Positions 19,686-30,847 are shown, counted from the first letter of the stretch. The stretch: DNA of 64,000 bases from Alphaproteobacteria bacterium (GCA_963665325.3 CAXXWS020000003.1:352001-416000); one strand, 5' to 3'. The notes: generated from the letters alone by a model not told the origin. Made by a program: numbers and translations.

Positions 19686-20555
19686 TCAGGCCGCCGGTTG
19701 TGCGAAAGGCACCGGGTAGCGGTCCGGCGGCAGGAAGATCGTGGTGCGTTTCAGCAGGCGCGGCAGGCCGGCATCGAACGGCTCGCGACGGTGCAGCACG
19801 CGGGCATTGTCCCAGAGCACGAGGTCGCCGCGCCGCCACTCATGCTCGAACACGAACTCCGGCCGCGTCATGTGCTCCACCAGGCGCGCGAGCAGCGGGC
19901 GGCTCTCCTCCGGCGCCATGCCCTCGATGCCGTAGGTCTGCAACGGGTCGAGATAGAGCCCGCACCGACCCGTGCCGGGCTGTGTCAACACCATCGGATG
20001 CACCACGTCGGGCGTGAGCGCGCGGATCGCCTCGACATCCTCCTCCCCGGTGATATCGACTGCATAGATGCGGTAGGCGAACTCCCCGCGCAGCCCTTCG
20101 ACGCGCGCCCTGAGCGCTTCCGGCAGCGCCTCCCAGGCAAGCTGCGTGTTGGCCCAGGAGGTCCGGCTCGCGCCCTTCGGCACCTCGACGGCGTAGAGCA
20201 TGGAGCCGGTGTCCGGGCGCGGCTTGTAGCAGCTGTCCGTGTGCCAGCGCGCCTCGCTGCTCGCAAGCGCTCCGATATTCTCCCCGGACTCGAGGCGGAG
20301 ATTGGAGATCAGCACGACCTCCGGGTTCTGCCGCGAGCGGATATCGGTGCGGACATGGATGTTGACGGTGCCGAGGCGCCGGCTGAAGGCGATCTGCTGC
20401 TCTTCGTCGAGAAGCTGGTTCCTGATCAGGAGCACCGGATGCTCCACCCAGAGCGCGTCGATCTCCCGGATCGCGGCATCGCCCGGCCGTCGGAGGTCGA
20501 TATCGAGGATCTCGACGCCGAACTCGGGATGCAGCGGTTTCGTTTCGAGCGCCAT
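19686..20555 (-). CDS. TauD family dioxygenase
   Basis: PLHPEFGVEI.DIDL, WHTD, VVHPMV, WDNARVLHRR; start at 20555. Confidence 0.9.
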   Translation of the reverse strand: MALETKPLHPEFGVEILDIDLRRPGDAAIREIDALWVEHPVLLIRNQLLDEEQQIAFSRRLGTVNIHVRTDIRSRQNPEVVLISNLRLESGENIGALASSEARWHTDSCYKPRPDTGSMLYAVEVPKGASRTSWANTQLAWEALPEALRARVEGLRGEFAYRIYAVDITGEEDVEAIRALTPDVVHPMVLTQPGTGRCGLYLDPLQTYGIEGMAPEESRPLLARLVEHMTRPEFVFEHEWRRGDLVLWDNARVLHRREPFDAGLPRLLKRTTIFLPPDRYPVPFAQPAA

Positions 20556-20657
20556 GTCCTGTCTCCGGTATCCGGGTCCGCCGGTATATTGCGCAAAATC
20601 GTGAAATGCGGGAAGTAAGCCGAATGATCGAGAGCGACACCTCGCGGGAGGAAACCG

Positions 20658-21689
20658 ATGCAGGCCGTTGACGACTCCGGCGTCTGGGCTGTCCGGGATT
20701 TCGCCGGCCCGGAGGACTACACCGTTCGCCTGACGGCGGCCGAGATCGCCGAACTGGACGGGTTCATCGCCGATATGGACCGTGCCGGGAAATCGCTCGA
20801 CGACATCGGCCGCGGGGATTTCCGCTGTCCGCTGCTCGGGGCGCGGCTCGCCGCATTGTACGACGAGCTCCGGGACGGGCGCGGCTTCGCGGTAATGGCG
20901 GGCCTGCCGGTCGAACGCTGGCGCCAGGAGGACGCAGAGCGGGTCTACTGGGCGATGGGCGCGCAGCTCGGCGCCGGCATGTCGCAGAGCGTCATGGGCG
21001 ACCGGCTGGGCCATGTCCGGGACACGACGCGCGAAGACCCGCATGCGCGCGCCTACCGCGCCCGCAGGGAACTCGACCCCCATACGGACCGCGCGCATAT
21101 CGTCGGCCTGTTCAGCCTCCGCGCCGCAAGAACGGGCGGCGTGTCGCACCTGACCAGCGCGCTCGCCGTGCATGACCGGCTGCTCGCCGACCGGCCGGAT
21201 TACCTCGAACGGCTGTACGAGGGCTTCTACATGCACCGCCGCGGCGAGGAGGCGCCCGGCGAGGACCCGGTCACGCCGCACAAGGTGCCGGTCTATTCGT
21301 CCGCGGACGGCAAGGTCAGCTGCCGCTGGGTCAGGACCTATGCCGTGATGGGCCAGGAGGCGAAGGGGGAGCCGATAGGCGGGTTCGAGGAGGAAGCGGT
21401 GGAGGCGTTTCTGGCCGCCGCAAGCAGCGACGAGCTGCAATTGCGGTTCACGCTTGGGCCGGGCCAGATCCTCTGGTTCAACAATTTCACCCACCTGCAT
21501 GCGCGCACGGCCTTCGAGGACTGGGAGGAGCCCGACCGGCGCCGCCACCTGCTGAGGCTCTGGCTCAGGAACGAGGACATGCGCCCGACCGTGCCCGAAA
21601 TCGCCGTCGAAGGCATACAGCCGCGGAAAGGGCGCATGCCATCCTACGATGTAGAGGGTGCCCTGAAGGAGATGCGTGCCCGGAGATAG
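20658..21689 (+). CDS. TauD/TfdA family dioxygenase
   Basis: LGHVRD, PHTD, NNFTHLHAR, RRHLLRLWL. Confidence 0.9.
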   Translation: MQAVDDSGVWAVRDFAGPEDYTVRLTAAEIAELDGFIADMDRAGKSLDDIGRGDFRCPLLGARLAALYDELRDGRGFAVMAGLPVERWRQEDAERVYWAMGAQLGAGMSQSVMGDRLGHVRDTTREDPHARAYRARRELDPHTDRAHIVGLFSLRAARTGGVSHLTSALAVHDRLLADRPDYLERLYEGFYMHRRGEEAPGEDPVTPHKVPVYSSADGKVSCRWVRTYAVMGQEAKGEPIGGFEEEAVEAFLAAASSDELQLRFTLGPGQILWFNNFTHLHARTAFEDWEEPDRRRHLLRLWLRNEDMRPTVPEIAVEGIQPRKGRMPSYDVEGALKEMRARR

Positions 21690-21729
21690 CGTGCGGACGA
21701 CGCGAGGAATCGTCCGGACGGCGGAAGGC

Positions 21730-21902
21730 TTGACTTTGCGGCTCGAAGATTGCAAACCGTGCGGGCACGTTACATTCGTCTGGTGCTCTCCGTAGTCCCG
21801 GTTCGCTGGGCCAACCGACATCCCCCCAACAATGTGAACGTTAAATAACAACGCTGTCGCGGGGCGCGACGCATAGAATTCCACCACCTGGAGAAGTCGA
21901 AC
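21730..21902 (+). promoter_or_regulatory. putative promoter and long 5' leader of the cold-shock gene
   Basis: TTGACT/TTGCAA and TACATT hexamers, AT-richer 130-170 nt leader, GGAGA RBS; long leaders are typical of csp mRNAs, but hexamer spacing is imperfect. Confidence 0.4.
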
Positions 21903-22109
21903 ATGCCTACCGGTACCGTCAAGTGGTTCAACGCAGTCAAGGGTTACGGGTTCATCGAGCCGGAAGACGGCTCGAGCGATGCCTTCGTCCACATTTCGGC
22001 CGTCGAGCGGGCCGGACTCGCCACGCTCAGCGAAGGGCAGAAGGTCAGCTACGAGCTCCGGCCCGGACGCAACGGCAAGTCCTCGGCCGAGGACCTCTCC
22101 GTCTCCTAG
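21903..22109 (+). CDS. cold-shock protein (CspA family)
   Basis: [15 protein letters not shown] (RNP1), FVHISA (RNP2). Confidence 0.96.
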   Translation: MPTGTVKWFNAVKGYGFIEPEDGSSDAFVHISAVERAGLATLSEGQKVSYELRPGRNGKSSAEDLSVS

Positions 22110-22550
22110 CCGTCGTCGCAGGCGGAGGTCGCCCCGGCGAGCTCCCGTGCCGATGAGGGCCCCGGGGCCGGCTTCTCTCCCCGCCTCCGCCCTCTCGGAC
22201 GACCACGAGAATACATGCAGGCAGCCGGTGGGCGCGTGAGCGGCCCGCTTCGCGCTACCCGTGCGCGCGGAACCCGGAAGCCGCGCGGCGGCCCTTTCAA
22301 CTAGCCCGATTTCCTGCAGGCGCGCGCCGGTCCCAGGCATCCGGACCATCGGGAGGTATCGGAATGGGCGTAGGGATTCCGTCCCGAATCGTTCGATATC
22401 GACCGGGCGAATGCTTCGATTGCGGTTGTCTGCGTATTCTACAAGGAGCGTGGGGCTGGGGATTCGAACGGGAGTGAACGCTTCGGCGTCCCCCGCCCTC
22501 CGCCATCGAGATCAAGACCGCCGAGCGGCTTGAGGAGGCCTCGTAGCTCT

Positions 22551-22577
22551 GCCCTGCGGGCGCCCTGCCCGCAGGGC
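22551..22577. repeat. perfect GC-rich hairpin
   Basis: GCCCTGCGGGC-GCCCT-GCCCGCAGGGC, 11-bp stem, no U-tract. Confidence 0.6.
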
Positions 22578-22621
22578 GTCCCGGTGCACTGGCATGACCG
22601 GCCGCACTGCATCGTGCGAAA

Positions 22622-22650
22622 TTGACCTTCCCCGCGGCCATGTCCACAAT
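22622..22650 (+). promoter_or_regulatory. putative sigma70 promoter of the sterol reductase gene
   Basis: TTGACC-N17-CACAAT, followed by GGAGG at 22662. Confidence 0.55.
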
Positions 22651-22682
22651 CGCCGCGCTGCCGGAGGAAGGGGTATCCGGTC

Positions 22683-23822
22683 ATGATCGACGGGCTCGGC
22701 ATCGGTCACCTTTTCGAGCTTTCCCAAGCCGAAGCGATTGCCGGGTTCTTTACCCCGCTGACGGTTTTCGCCGTGTTCCTGCTCGCGCAGCTCGTCCTTC
22801 CGGGAAAGCGGGTTCCCGGCTACGTCGTGGATCCGCAGACCGGCGAACCCCGCACCTATCGCCTGAACGGCCTTCCGGTATTCGCGCTTGCGCTGGCCGT
22901 GTGGGCGTCCGGGATCACCGGGTTGCCGCAGGACTGGTTCTACAGGTCCTCGATCCCGGCCGTGGCCGGGGGAACGGTGTTCGCCACGCTCTTCACCTTG
23001 CTGGCGGTGTACAGCCAGCCGAAAGGGAAGAAGGGGAATTTCATCCTGGATCTCTGGAACGGACGGGTCCGGGAGCTGTCGCTCTTCAACGGCCGCTTCG
23101 ACGTGAAGATGTATCTGTATGTCGTCGGCGGGACGATGCTGTCGCTCAACGCCTTGTCCGGGGCCGTGTACCACTATGAACGCTTCGGCGAGGACTCCAA
23201 TCCCGGCGTTTTCCTGTATGCGGCGTTCTTTACATTCTATGTGCTGGATTATTTCATCTTCGAGCGCGTCCAGCTCTATACCTACGACCTGATCCACGAG
23301 GGACTCGGCTTCAAGCTGCTCTGGGGCGGTCTCATCGTCTATGGGTGGCTGTTCATCCTGCCCCTGTGGGGCATGGCCGCGTACCCGGACCCCGGATTCT
23401 GGCCGGCATGGACCTATGTCTGGCTCATCGGAACGCCGGCGCTGTTCCTGTTCGGCTGGGGTATCTCGCGCGGCGCCAACATGCAGAAATACACATTCAA
23501 ACGATGGCCCGACCGCAAATTCCTCGGTCTCATCGAGCCTGAATATATCCAGGCCGGCGAGCGCAGGATCCTGTGCAGCGGCTTCTGGGGCGCCGCCCGC
23601 CACTTCAACTATCTGGGCGAGGGCTTCCTGTGCCTGTCGGTGGCGCTCGTATTCGGGTATCCCGGCAATCCCTGGGCCTGGACCTACTTCGTCTTCATCG
23701 TCTCCTTCTTCCTCTGGCGCCAGATCGCGGACGACAGGCAATGCGCCGAGAAATACGGCGCCGGGAAGTGGGCGGAGTACCGGGCGCGGGTGAAATACCG
23801 GATTGTGCCCGGCGTCTATTGA
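22683..23822 (+). CDS. ERG4/ERG24 family sterol reductase (LBR/DHCR7/TM7SF2-like)
   Basis: Multi-TM; YDLIHEGLGFKLLWG, GANMQKYTFK, ILCSGFWGAARHFNYLGE, DDRQCAEKYG..W.EY..RVKYRIVPGVY. Confidence 0.88.
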   Translation: MIDGLGIGHLFELSQAEAIAGFFTPLTVFAVFLLAQLVLPGKRVPGYVVDPQTGEPRTYRLNGLPVFALALAVWASGITGLPQDWFYRSSIPAVAGGTVFATLFTLLAVYSQPKGKKGNFILDLWNGRVRELSLFNGRFDVKMYLYVVGGTMLSLNALSGAVYHYERFGEDSNPGVFLYAAFFTFYVLDYFIFERVQLYTYDLIHEGLGFKLLWGGLIVYGWLFILPLWGMAAYPDPGFWPAWTYVWLIGTPALFLFGWGISRGANMQKYTFKRWPDRKFLGLIEPEYIQAGERRILCSGFWGAARHFNYLGEGFLCLSVALVFGYPGNPWAWTYFVFIVSFFLWRQIADDRQCAEKYGAGKWAEYRARVKYRIVPGVY

Positions 23823-23886
23823 GGGGCCTTGCCTGCGGCGCCGGCGCGAACGGAAGACGAGCCGCGTTTCGCCGCCATCGAAGAGG

Positions 23887-24033
23887 TCGGAGGCCGGGAT
23901 AAATCGAGAAGCCCCGGTCCAGCGCGACCCATTCGCTGCCGTTCTCCATCGCCAGCGCCGCACGGTAGGCGTCCGGCAGCCTGTTCCCCGTCAATCGGAT
24001 CCTGAGCGCGAGATCGCTGAATATCCGCCAGTG
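23887..24033 (-). pseudogene. vapC (PIN toxin) C-terminal remnant
   Basis: In frame HWRIFSDL..RIRLTGNRLPDAYRAALAMENGSEWVALDRGFSIYPGLR, matching the VapC C-terminus pattern (GNLVPDAYLAALAIE.G..W...DRDF..FPGLR); no N-terminus or antitoxin seen. Confidence 0.7.
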
Positions 24034-24085
24034 GCCGCCGCCGCAGGGCGGACCGGCAGGGAGCGCATCCTGGAGGGCGCGCGGG

Positions 24086-24514
24086 TCAATCTCGGGAAAC
24101 GGCCGAAGCCTTTGCGGCGGCCTTGCGGCGGCGGGCGAGGCGCTTTCTGCGTTCGAGGCCGTGGCGCTTCAGGAAGCGCTGCACCGTTCCGAAGCCGAAC
24201 GCGAGGCCCTCGGCCGCGAGCGCGGCGCGCAACGCGTGGATGCCGAGTTCCGGGCGCGCCTCCAGAAGGCGGAAAACCCGCTCCCGCTCCGGCTCGATGA
24301 GCGACGGGCGGCAGCCGCCCTGCCTGGCGGGCCGGAGCTGGCCGCGCCCGCGATACTGCCGCACCCACCGGGAAACGCTGGCTCCGGCGACCTCGAAGAG
24401 CCGGCCGGCGGCCCGCGCGCTCATGCCCCTCTCCACGACCGCCGCGACCGCCCGGCGCCTCAATTGCTCGCCGACCGGCCGGCCCGGCTTCCGCTCCGCC
24501 AGCGGTTCCGTCAT
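24086..24514 (-). mobile_element. IS630-type transposase N-terminal HTH only (no DDE domain)
   Basis: LRRRAVAAV..GMSARAAGRLFEV..ASVSRWV..YR..G...P..QGG, TVQRFLKRHGL; GGAGGAG RBS; no DDE frame downstream. Confidence 0.75.
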
Positions 24515-24558
24515 CGCTCCTCCCCGCTGCAATGCAGCCTTGCGACAGGTTGAGTGGG

Positions 24559-24756
24559 TTATTGGCGCCGGATTCGATGGAAATTGCGCCGGTCCGGCCG
24601 GCCGGCGGACGCACCTCTCCCTTCGAGCGACCACCCGCCGGCCGCCAGGACTGCGCATCCGTTTTGCCGGATACGGAGCGGCGCGGGATAGTATGCAACC
24701 GCCCGCTCCTCCGGCTGTCCCGTCAGGTCATGGTCCCGTTCGCTCCCGTCGGACAT
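24559..24756 (-). CDS. possible 65-aa small ORF
   Basis: ATG at 24756 just downstream of the predicted promoter, GGAGG only 2 nt before it; no family recognised. Confidence 0.2.
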   Translation of the reverse strand: MSDGSERDHDLTGQPEERAVAYYPAPLRIRQNGCAVLAAGGWSLEGRGASAGRPDRRNFHRIRRQ

Positions 24757-24765
24757 TTCCTCCGG

Positions 24766-24807
24766 GAATGAATATAGAACAAATGCGGCGCAATGCAACC
24801 AGTTGCA
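24766..24807 (-). promoter_or_regulatory. sigma70-like promoter with LexA-like box and palindromic operator
   Basis: Minus strand TTGCAT-N16-TATATT; GTTC-N7-ATTC (24780-24766) overlaps the -10; TGCAAC-CA-GTTGCA (24794-24807) overlaps the -35. Confidence 0.55.
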
Positions 24808-24836
24808 GGAAAATAAACTCGGCGCCGCCGGTCGCG

Positions 24837-25637
24837 TCAGGCGATCACGCGCTCCAGGGGCAGGCCGCGCACGTCCATCTCGAAGGCCAGGCCCTCGACC
24901 GGCGGGCGCGCATAGGTCCACTGGATGCCGTCCGGCGCGGCGCCGCGCGCGACGATTTCAGGGCCGAAGAGGCCGTGGATCTCGTGGACGGTATAGACTT
25001 GGGCGGCGGTCGCGTCCGCCCAGCCGAAGCCGAGCGCGGCCATGCGGCTCTCCATGGCGCCCAGCACATAGCGCGCCTTCTCCCCCATCGCATCGGGCGA
25101 GGTGTCGCCGAGGCGGATGATCCGGTCCCGGTATTCCCCCGGCCCTTCCGGCGCCTCGCCAGAGCCCGCGATGACGAACGTGCCGCCCGTCCCCTCGTCC
25201 GGAACGGCGGCGCCAACGCCGCCATCCGAACGGTTCATCGCGTTCTGCGCGACGGTGTAGCAGAAGGCGTGGAAGCCCGGTTCGGCGGGCGGGTCCGCCT
25301 CCGGGCAGACATTCGACCGCGCGACGGGGTTCTCCTCGTCCCGGAAGATGCCCCAGCGCTCCAGCGTCTGCACATAAGCCCGGTTGAAGGCGACGAACCC
25401 CTCTTCGCTGAACTGTCCGGGCGAACGCAGCTCGCAGGCGCAGAAGGCCGTCATCGGCCGGCCCGCGGCCTCCAGATGCGCCTCGATCCGCCGGAAGCCC
25501 GCCTCCAGCGGCACGAGGCGGTGGAAGCGCACGCGCTCGATCCGGTAGCCGGGCCCGGCCGCGACGCCGCCCGAATACTGGAACCGCCCCCGGATATAGC
25601 GGTATCCGCCCGGCGCGAATGTCGCCACCTCTGTCAT
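24837..25637 (-). CDS. CnbZ-like (2-amino-5-chloromuconate deaminase family) protein
   Basis: GGYRYI.G.FQYSGGVAA, CACELRSP..F, NPVARSNVCP, RPPVEGLAFEMD. Confidence 0.75.
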   Translation of the reverse strand: MTEVATFAPGGYRYIRGRFQYSGGVAAGPGYRIERVRFHRLVPLEAGFRRIEAHLEAAGRPMTAFCACELRSPGQFSEEGFVAFNRAYVQTLERWGIFRDEENPVARSNVCPEADPPAEPGFHAFCYTVAQNAMNRSDGGVGAAVPDEGTGGTFVIAGSGEAPEGPGEYRDRIIRLGDTSPDAMGEKARYVLGAMESRMAALGFGWADATAAQVYTVHEIHGLFGPEIVARGAAPDGIQWTYARPPVEGLAFEMDVRGLPLERVIA

Positions 25638-25770
25638 GTCCGCCCCTCCCTGGCCTTTTCGACTTGCAGGTTAGCATACCGCCCGGAAGCAGCCGGCAGA
25701 CCCATGACACTGGCAGGGAAACCGGGCTAGGCTCCCTCCCGATTATATCCGGGGGCGCTGGAGAGGGCCG

Positions 25771-27183
25771 ATGAACAAAGAAGACCTCTGTTTCACGCCG
25801 GCAACCGCGCTGGCGGCGGCCGTGGCCGCGCGCGAGCTTTCGCCGGTCGAGATCGTCGATACGGTGCTGGCCCGGATCGAGCGGCTGGAACCCCGGATCA
25901 ACGCCTTTGCTACCCTGACCGCCGACCGCGCGCGCGATGCGGCGAAGGAAGCCGAGGCCAGGGTCATGTCGGGCGACGCGCTCGGGCCCCTGCACGGCGT
26001 GCCGGTCACGATCAAGGACCTTGCCAACACCGCCGGCATCCCGACCGAGCGGGGCTCGCATTCCGAGAAGGGCAAACTGCCGGCGGAGAACGCGCCCTGC
26101 GTGGACCGGCTGGCGGCTGCAGGCGCCATCCCGCTCGGCAAGACGACGACCTCGGAGTTCGGATGGAAGGGGGTGAGCCAGAGCCCGCTCACCGGCATCA
26201 CCCACAATCCCTGGGCGCACGGCCTGAACGCGGGCGCATCCTCGGCGGGTGCGGGCGCCGGCGCGGCGGCAGGCTACGGGCCGCTCCACCAGGGCTCGGA
26301 CGGCGCGGGCTCCATCCGGATGCCGAGCCATTTCTGCGGCATTTTCGGCATCAAGCCGAGCTACGGCCGCGTGGCCCACCTGCCGGTCGGCAATACGGAC
26401 CAGGTCAGCCATATCGGGCCGATGACCCGCACGGTCGCCGATGCAGCCCTGATGCTGCGGGTCATGTCGGGGCCGCACCCGCGCGACCATTACAGCCTCG
26501 AAGCCGCGCCGGCGGACTATCCGGCCCTGCTGGGCGAGGGCGAGCGGCTCCGGGGGGCGCGCATCGCCTGGAGCCCCGACCTCGGCCATGCGCGCGTCGA
26601 TGACGAAGTGGCGGCGCTGGTGGCCGGTGCGGTTTCGGCGTTTGCGGATTTCGGGGCGGAGGTCGAGGAGGTCTCGCCCGGCTGGGGGCCGGACGGGCCG
26701 GAGATCGAGCACTTCTTCTGGGCGGCGCACGAGACGATCTATGCCGGCCTGCTGGAGGAGTTCGAGGACAGGATGGACCCGGGCCTCGTCGCCTGCATCC
26801 GCGACGGGCAGGGCTACCGGGCGGAGGACTATCTGGACATGCGGGCGCGCAAGCTCGCCTATGTGGAGGCGATCCACCGCTTCTTCGAGGATTACGACTT
26901 CCTGCTGACGCCCGCCGTCTCCGTCGCCGCCTTCCCCGCCGACCGCCTCTCCCCCGCGCACTGGCCCGATCACGAATGGAACTGGCTGCAATGGGCGCAG
27001 TTCAGCTACCCCTTCAATCTGAGCCACAACCCGGCGGCCTCGATTCCCTGCGGGTTCACCGAAGCGGGCCTGCCTGCGGGTCTCCAGGTCGTGGGGCGCC
27101 GGCTGGACGATCTGGGTGTGCTCCAAGCCGCCGCCGCCTTCGAGGCCGCGCGCCCTTGGGCGGACAAGCGCCCGGCGCTCTGA
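25771..27183 (+). CDS. amidase signature family protein
   Basis: GVPVTIKD, GASSAG, GSDGAGSIRMP (Lys-cisSer-Ser triad). Confidence 0.93.
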   Translation: MNKEDLCFTPATALAAAVAARELSPVEIVDTVLARIERLEPRINAFATLTADRARDAAKEAEARVMSGDALGPLHGVPVTIKDLANTAGIPTERGSHSEKGKLPAENAPCVDRLAAAGAIPLGKTTTSEFGWKGVSQSPLTGITHNPWAHGLNAGASSAGAGAGAAAGYGPLHQGSDGAGSIRMPSHFCGIFGIKPSYGRVAHLPVGNTDQVSHIGPMTRTVADAALMLRVMSGPHPRDHYSLEAAPADYPALLGEGERLRGARIAWSPDLGHARVDDEVAALVAGAVSAFADFGAEVEEVSPGWGPDGPEIEHFFWAAHETIYAGLLEEFEDRMDPGLVACIRDGQGYRAEDYLDMRARKLAYVEAIHRFFEDYDFLLTPAVSVAAFPADRLSPAHWPDHEWNWLQWAQFSYPFNLSHNPAASIPCGFTEAGLPAGLQVVGRRLDDLGVLQAAAAFEAARPWADKRPAL

Positions 27184-27189
27184 GGGCAG

Positions 27190-29457
<2,268 letters not shown>

Positions 29458-29473
29458 TACAGAATAGGCTTCC

Positions 29474-30184
29474 TCAGCCTGCGAAACAATCCGCGAGGCG
29501 CAGACGCGCAGCGGGCAGCGCGCGGTCCGCAGGCCCGGCGATGTGACGGGCGAGAAAATGCCCTGTGAGCGCTAGGCCGTCCCGGATATCGCCCGGCGTG
29601 AAATCGGGGGAACCGCTGAGGAAACCCGGCAGGGCGAGCAGGCGGTCCTGCCACTCCGCACCGGCCTCTCGGGCGACGGCCCGGCCGGAGCGCGGCGAGA
29701 CCCAGGCAAGGTCCGTGCTGCCGCCCGTGACTGCACACTTCTCCAGATCGAGGCCGAAGCCGAGTTCACCCAGTAGCGCGACCTCGTAGCCGACATAGGC
29801 CGCAGGCCAGGCCTCGCCCGCCAATGTCTCCAGGAAGGCCAGGAGTCCCGAGAACGCGGCGGGATGCGGCTCGCGCTCCGGCAGGCCCATTTCCGCCACG
29901 GCGCAGGCGCTCTGCAGCCCCGCCAGACGGAGCGGGTCGTCCAGCCAGAGCGCGGCGTGGGCCGTCTCGACCTCGCATGAGAAGGCGCCGAGCTGGTCGG
30001 AAAGCCTCGCCCGCCAGCGCAAGGTGGCAAGCGTGCCGGGCTGGAGCGCCTCCGCCTGCCGGCGGGCGCCCTGCACCAGCCCGGCATGGCGGCCATGCGC
30101 CTCGGTCAGCGCCTGCGCAACGGCCTTGCCCTCCCCGAACGGGCGGGCGGACAGCATGACGGCGCGATCGGTCCAGTCGATCAT
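29474..30184 (-). CDS. recO: DNA repair protein RecO
   Basis: [39 protein letters not shown]. Confidence 0.94.
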   Translation of the reverse strand: MIDWTDRAVMLSARPFGEGKAVAQALTEAHGRHAGLVQGARRQAEALQPGTLATLRWRARLSDQLGAFSCEVETAHAALWLDDPLRLAGLQSACAVAEMGLPEREPHPAAFSGLLAFLETLAGEAWPAAYVGYEVALLGELGFGLDLEKCAVTGGSTDLAWVSPRSGRAVAREAGAEWQDRLLALPGFLSGSPDFTPGDIRDGLALTGHFLARHIAGPADRALPAARLRLADCFAG

Positions 30185-30242
30185 CGAACCGTGTCATACC
30201 ACCGTTCGCGGCCCGGAGCCGACGGGGCGCGGCTGCTGGACA

Positions 30243-30259
30243 TGTCATGAAGTGTCATG
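30243..30259. repeat. short direct repeat TGTCATG x2 (10-nt period) upstream of recO
   Basis: TGTCATGAAGTGTCATG; a further TGTCAT at 30192. Confidence 0.5.
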
Positions 30260-30313
30260 CTCTTCACGGTCCGCCGTGTGCCGATGCGCTCCGCGCTTGC
30301 CGCCACTGTGTTT

Positions 30314-30847
30314 CTACGTTGCAAAGTCGTCGCGGGTGAAGAGTGGGGCGAGGCGAATGCCTTCCCGGGCTAAGTTGGCTTCCGCGCCTTCCAGCCGGTC
30401 CACCACGGTGTAGAGCGTTTCGACGCGGCAGCCCGCGGCGCGCGCGGCCTTGACGGCGATCATCGCCGAGCCGCCGGTAGTCGTCACATCCTCGAACAGC
30501 AGCACTTCGCCGCCCTCCGGAAGGTAGCCTTCCACGCGCCGTTCGGTGCCGTGATCCTTGGTCTCCTTGCGCACGAAGAAGGCGCTGCGCGGGCGCGGTG
30601 TAGCGCGGCTGAAGGCGCAGACCGCCGCCACGATGGGCACCGCGCCCATGGCGATGCCGCCGATATGGTCCGCCGGTTCGTCGCGTATCCGCTCCAGGAA
30701 GGCTTCGGCGATGAGCGTCAGGCCCTCCGGGTCCAGCATCACCTGCTTCATGTCGAAGAAGTATCCGGTGCCTGTCCCTGAGGCGAGAGTGAATTGCCCG
30801 GTCGAGAGCGCCCGTTCGGCGATCAGGTCGCGGAGTCGTTCGCGCAT
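30314..30847 (-). CDS. pyrE: orotate phosphoribosyltransferase
   Basis: FTLASG...YFFD, VRKETKDHGT, LFEDVTTTGGS PRPP motif. Confidence 0.93.
   Translation of the reverse strand: MRERLRDLIAERALSTGQFTLASGTGTGYFFDMKQVMLDPEGLTLIAEAFLERIRDEPADHIGGIAMGAVPIVAAVCAFSRATPRPRSAFFVRKETKDHGTERRVEGYLPEGGEVLLFEDVTTTGGSAMIAVKAARAAGCRVETLYTVVDRLEGAEANLAREGIRLAPLFTRDDFAT

Noticed and set aside
21744-21757. 14-mer CGAAGATTGCAAAC repeated at 42474-42487
   Set aside because: A single 14-nt match within 64 kb is compatible with chance and the contexts differ
19686-22349. 887-aa TauD fusion protein
   Set aside because: Only the last 289 aa are TauD; the extension is antisense to another TauD and the csp gene
22451-22470. 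tRNA-like 3' end (GTTCGAATCCCCAGCCCCA on the minus strand) as an att site
   Set aside because: The T-stem does not pair, there is no cloverleaf, and no integrase is nearby
22505-22546. IEIKTAERLEEAS* as a nuclease gene remnant
   Set aside because: Too short to support
25789-25804. parS site (TGTTTCACG...)
   Set aside because: Only a half-site, inside the amidase CDS
30243-30259. Canonical PhoB box
   Set aside because: The period is 10 nt rather than 11 and no phosphate-regulon gene lies downstream
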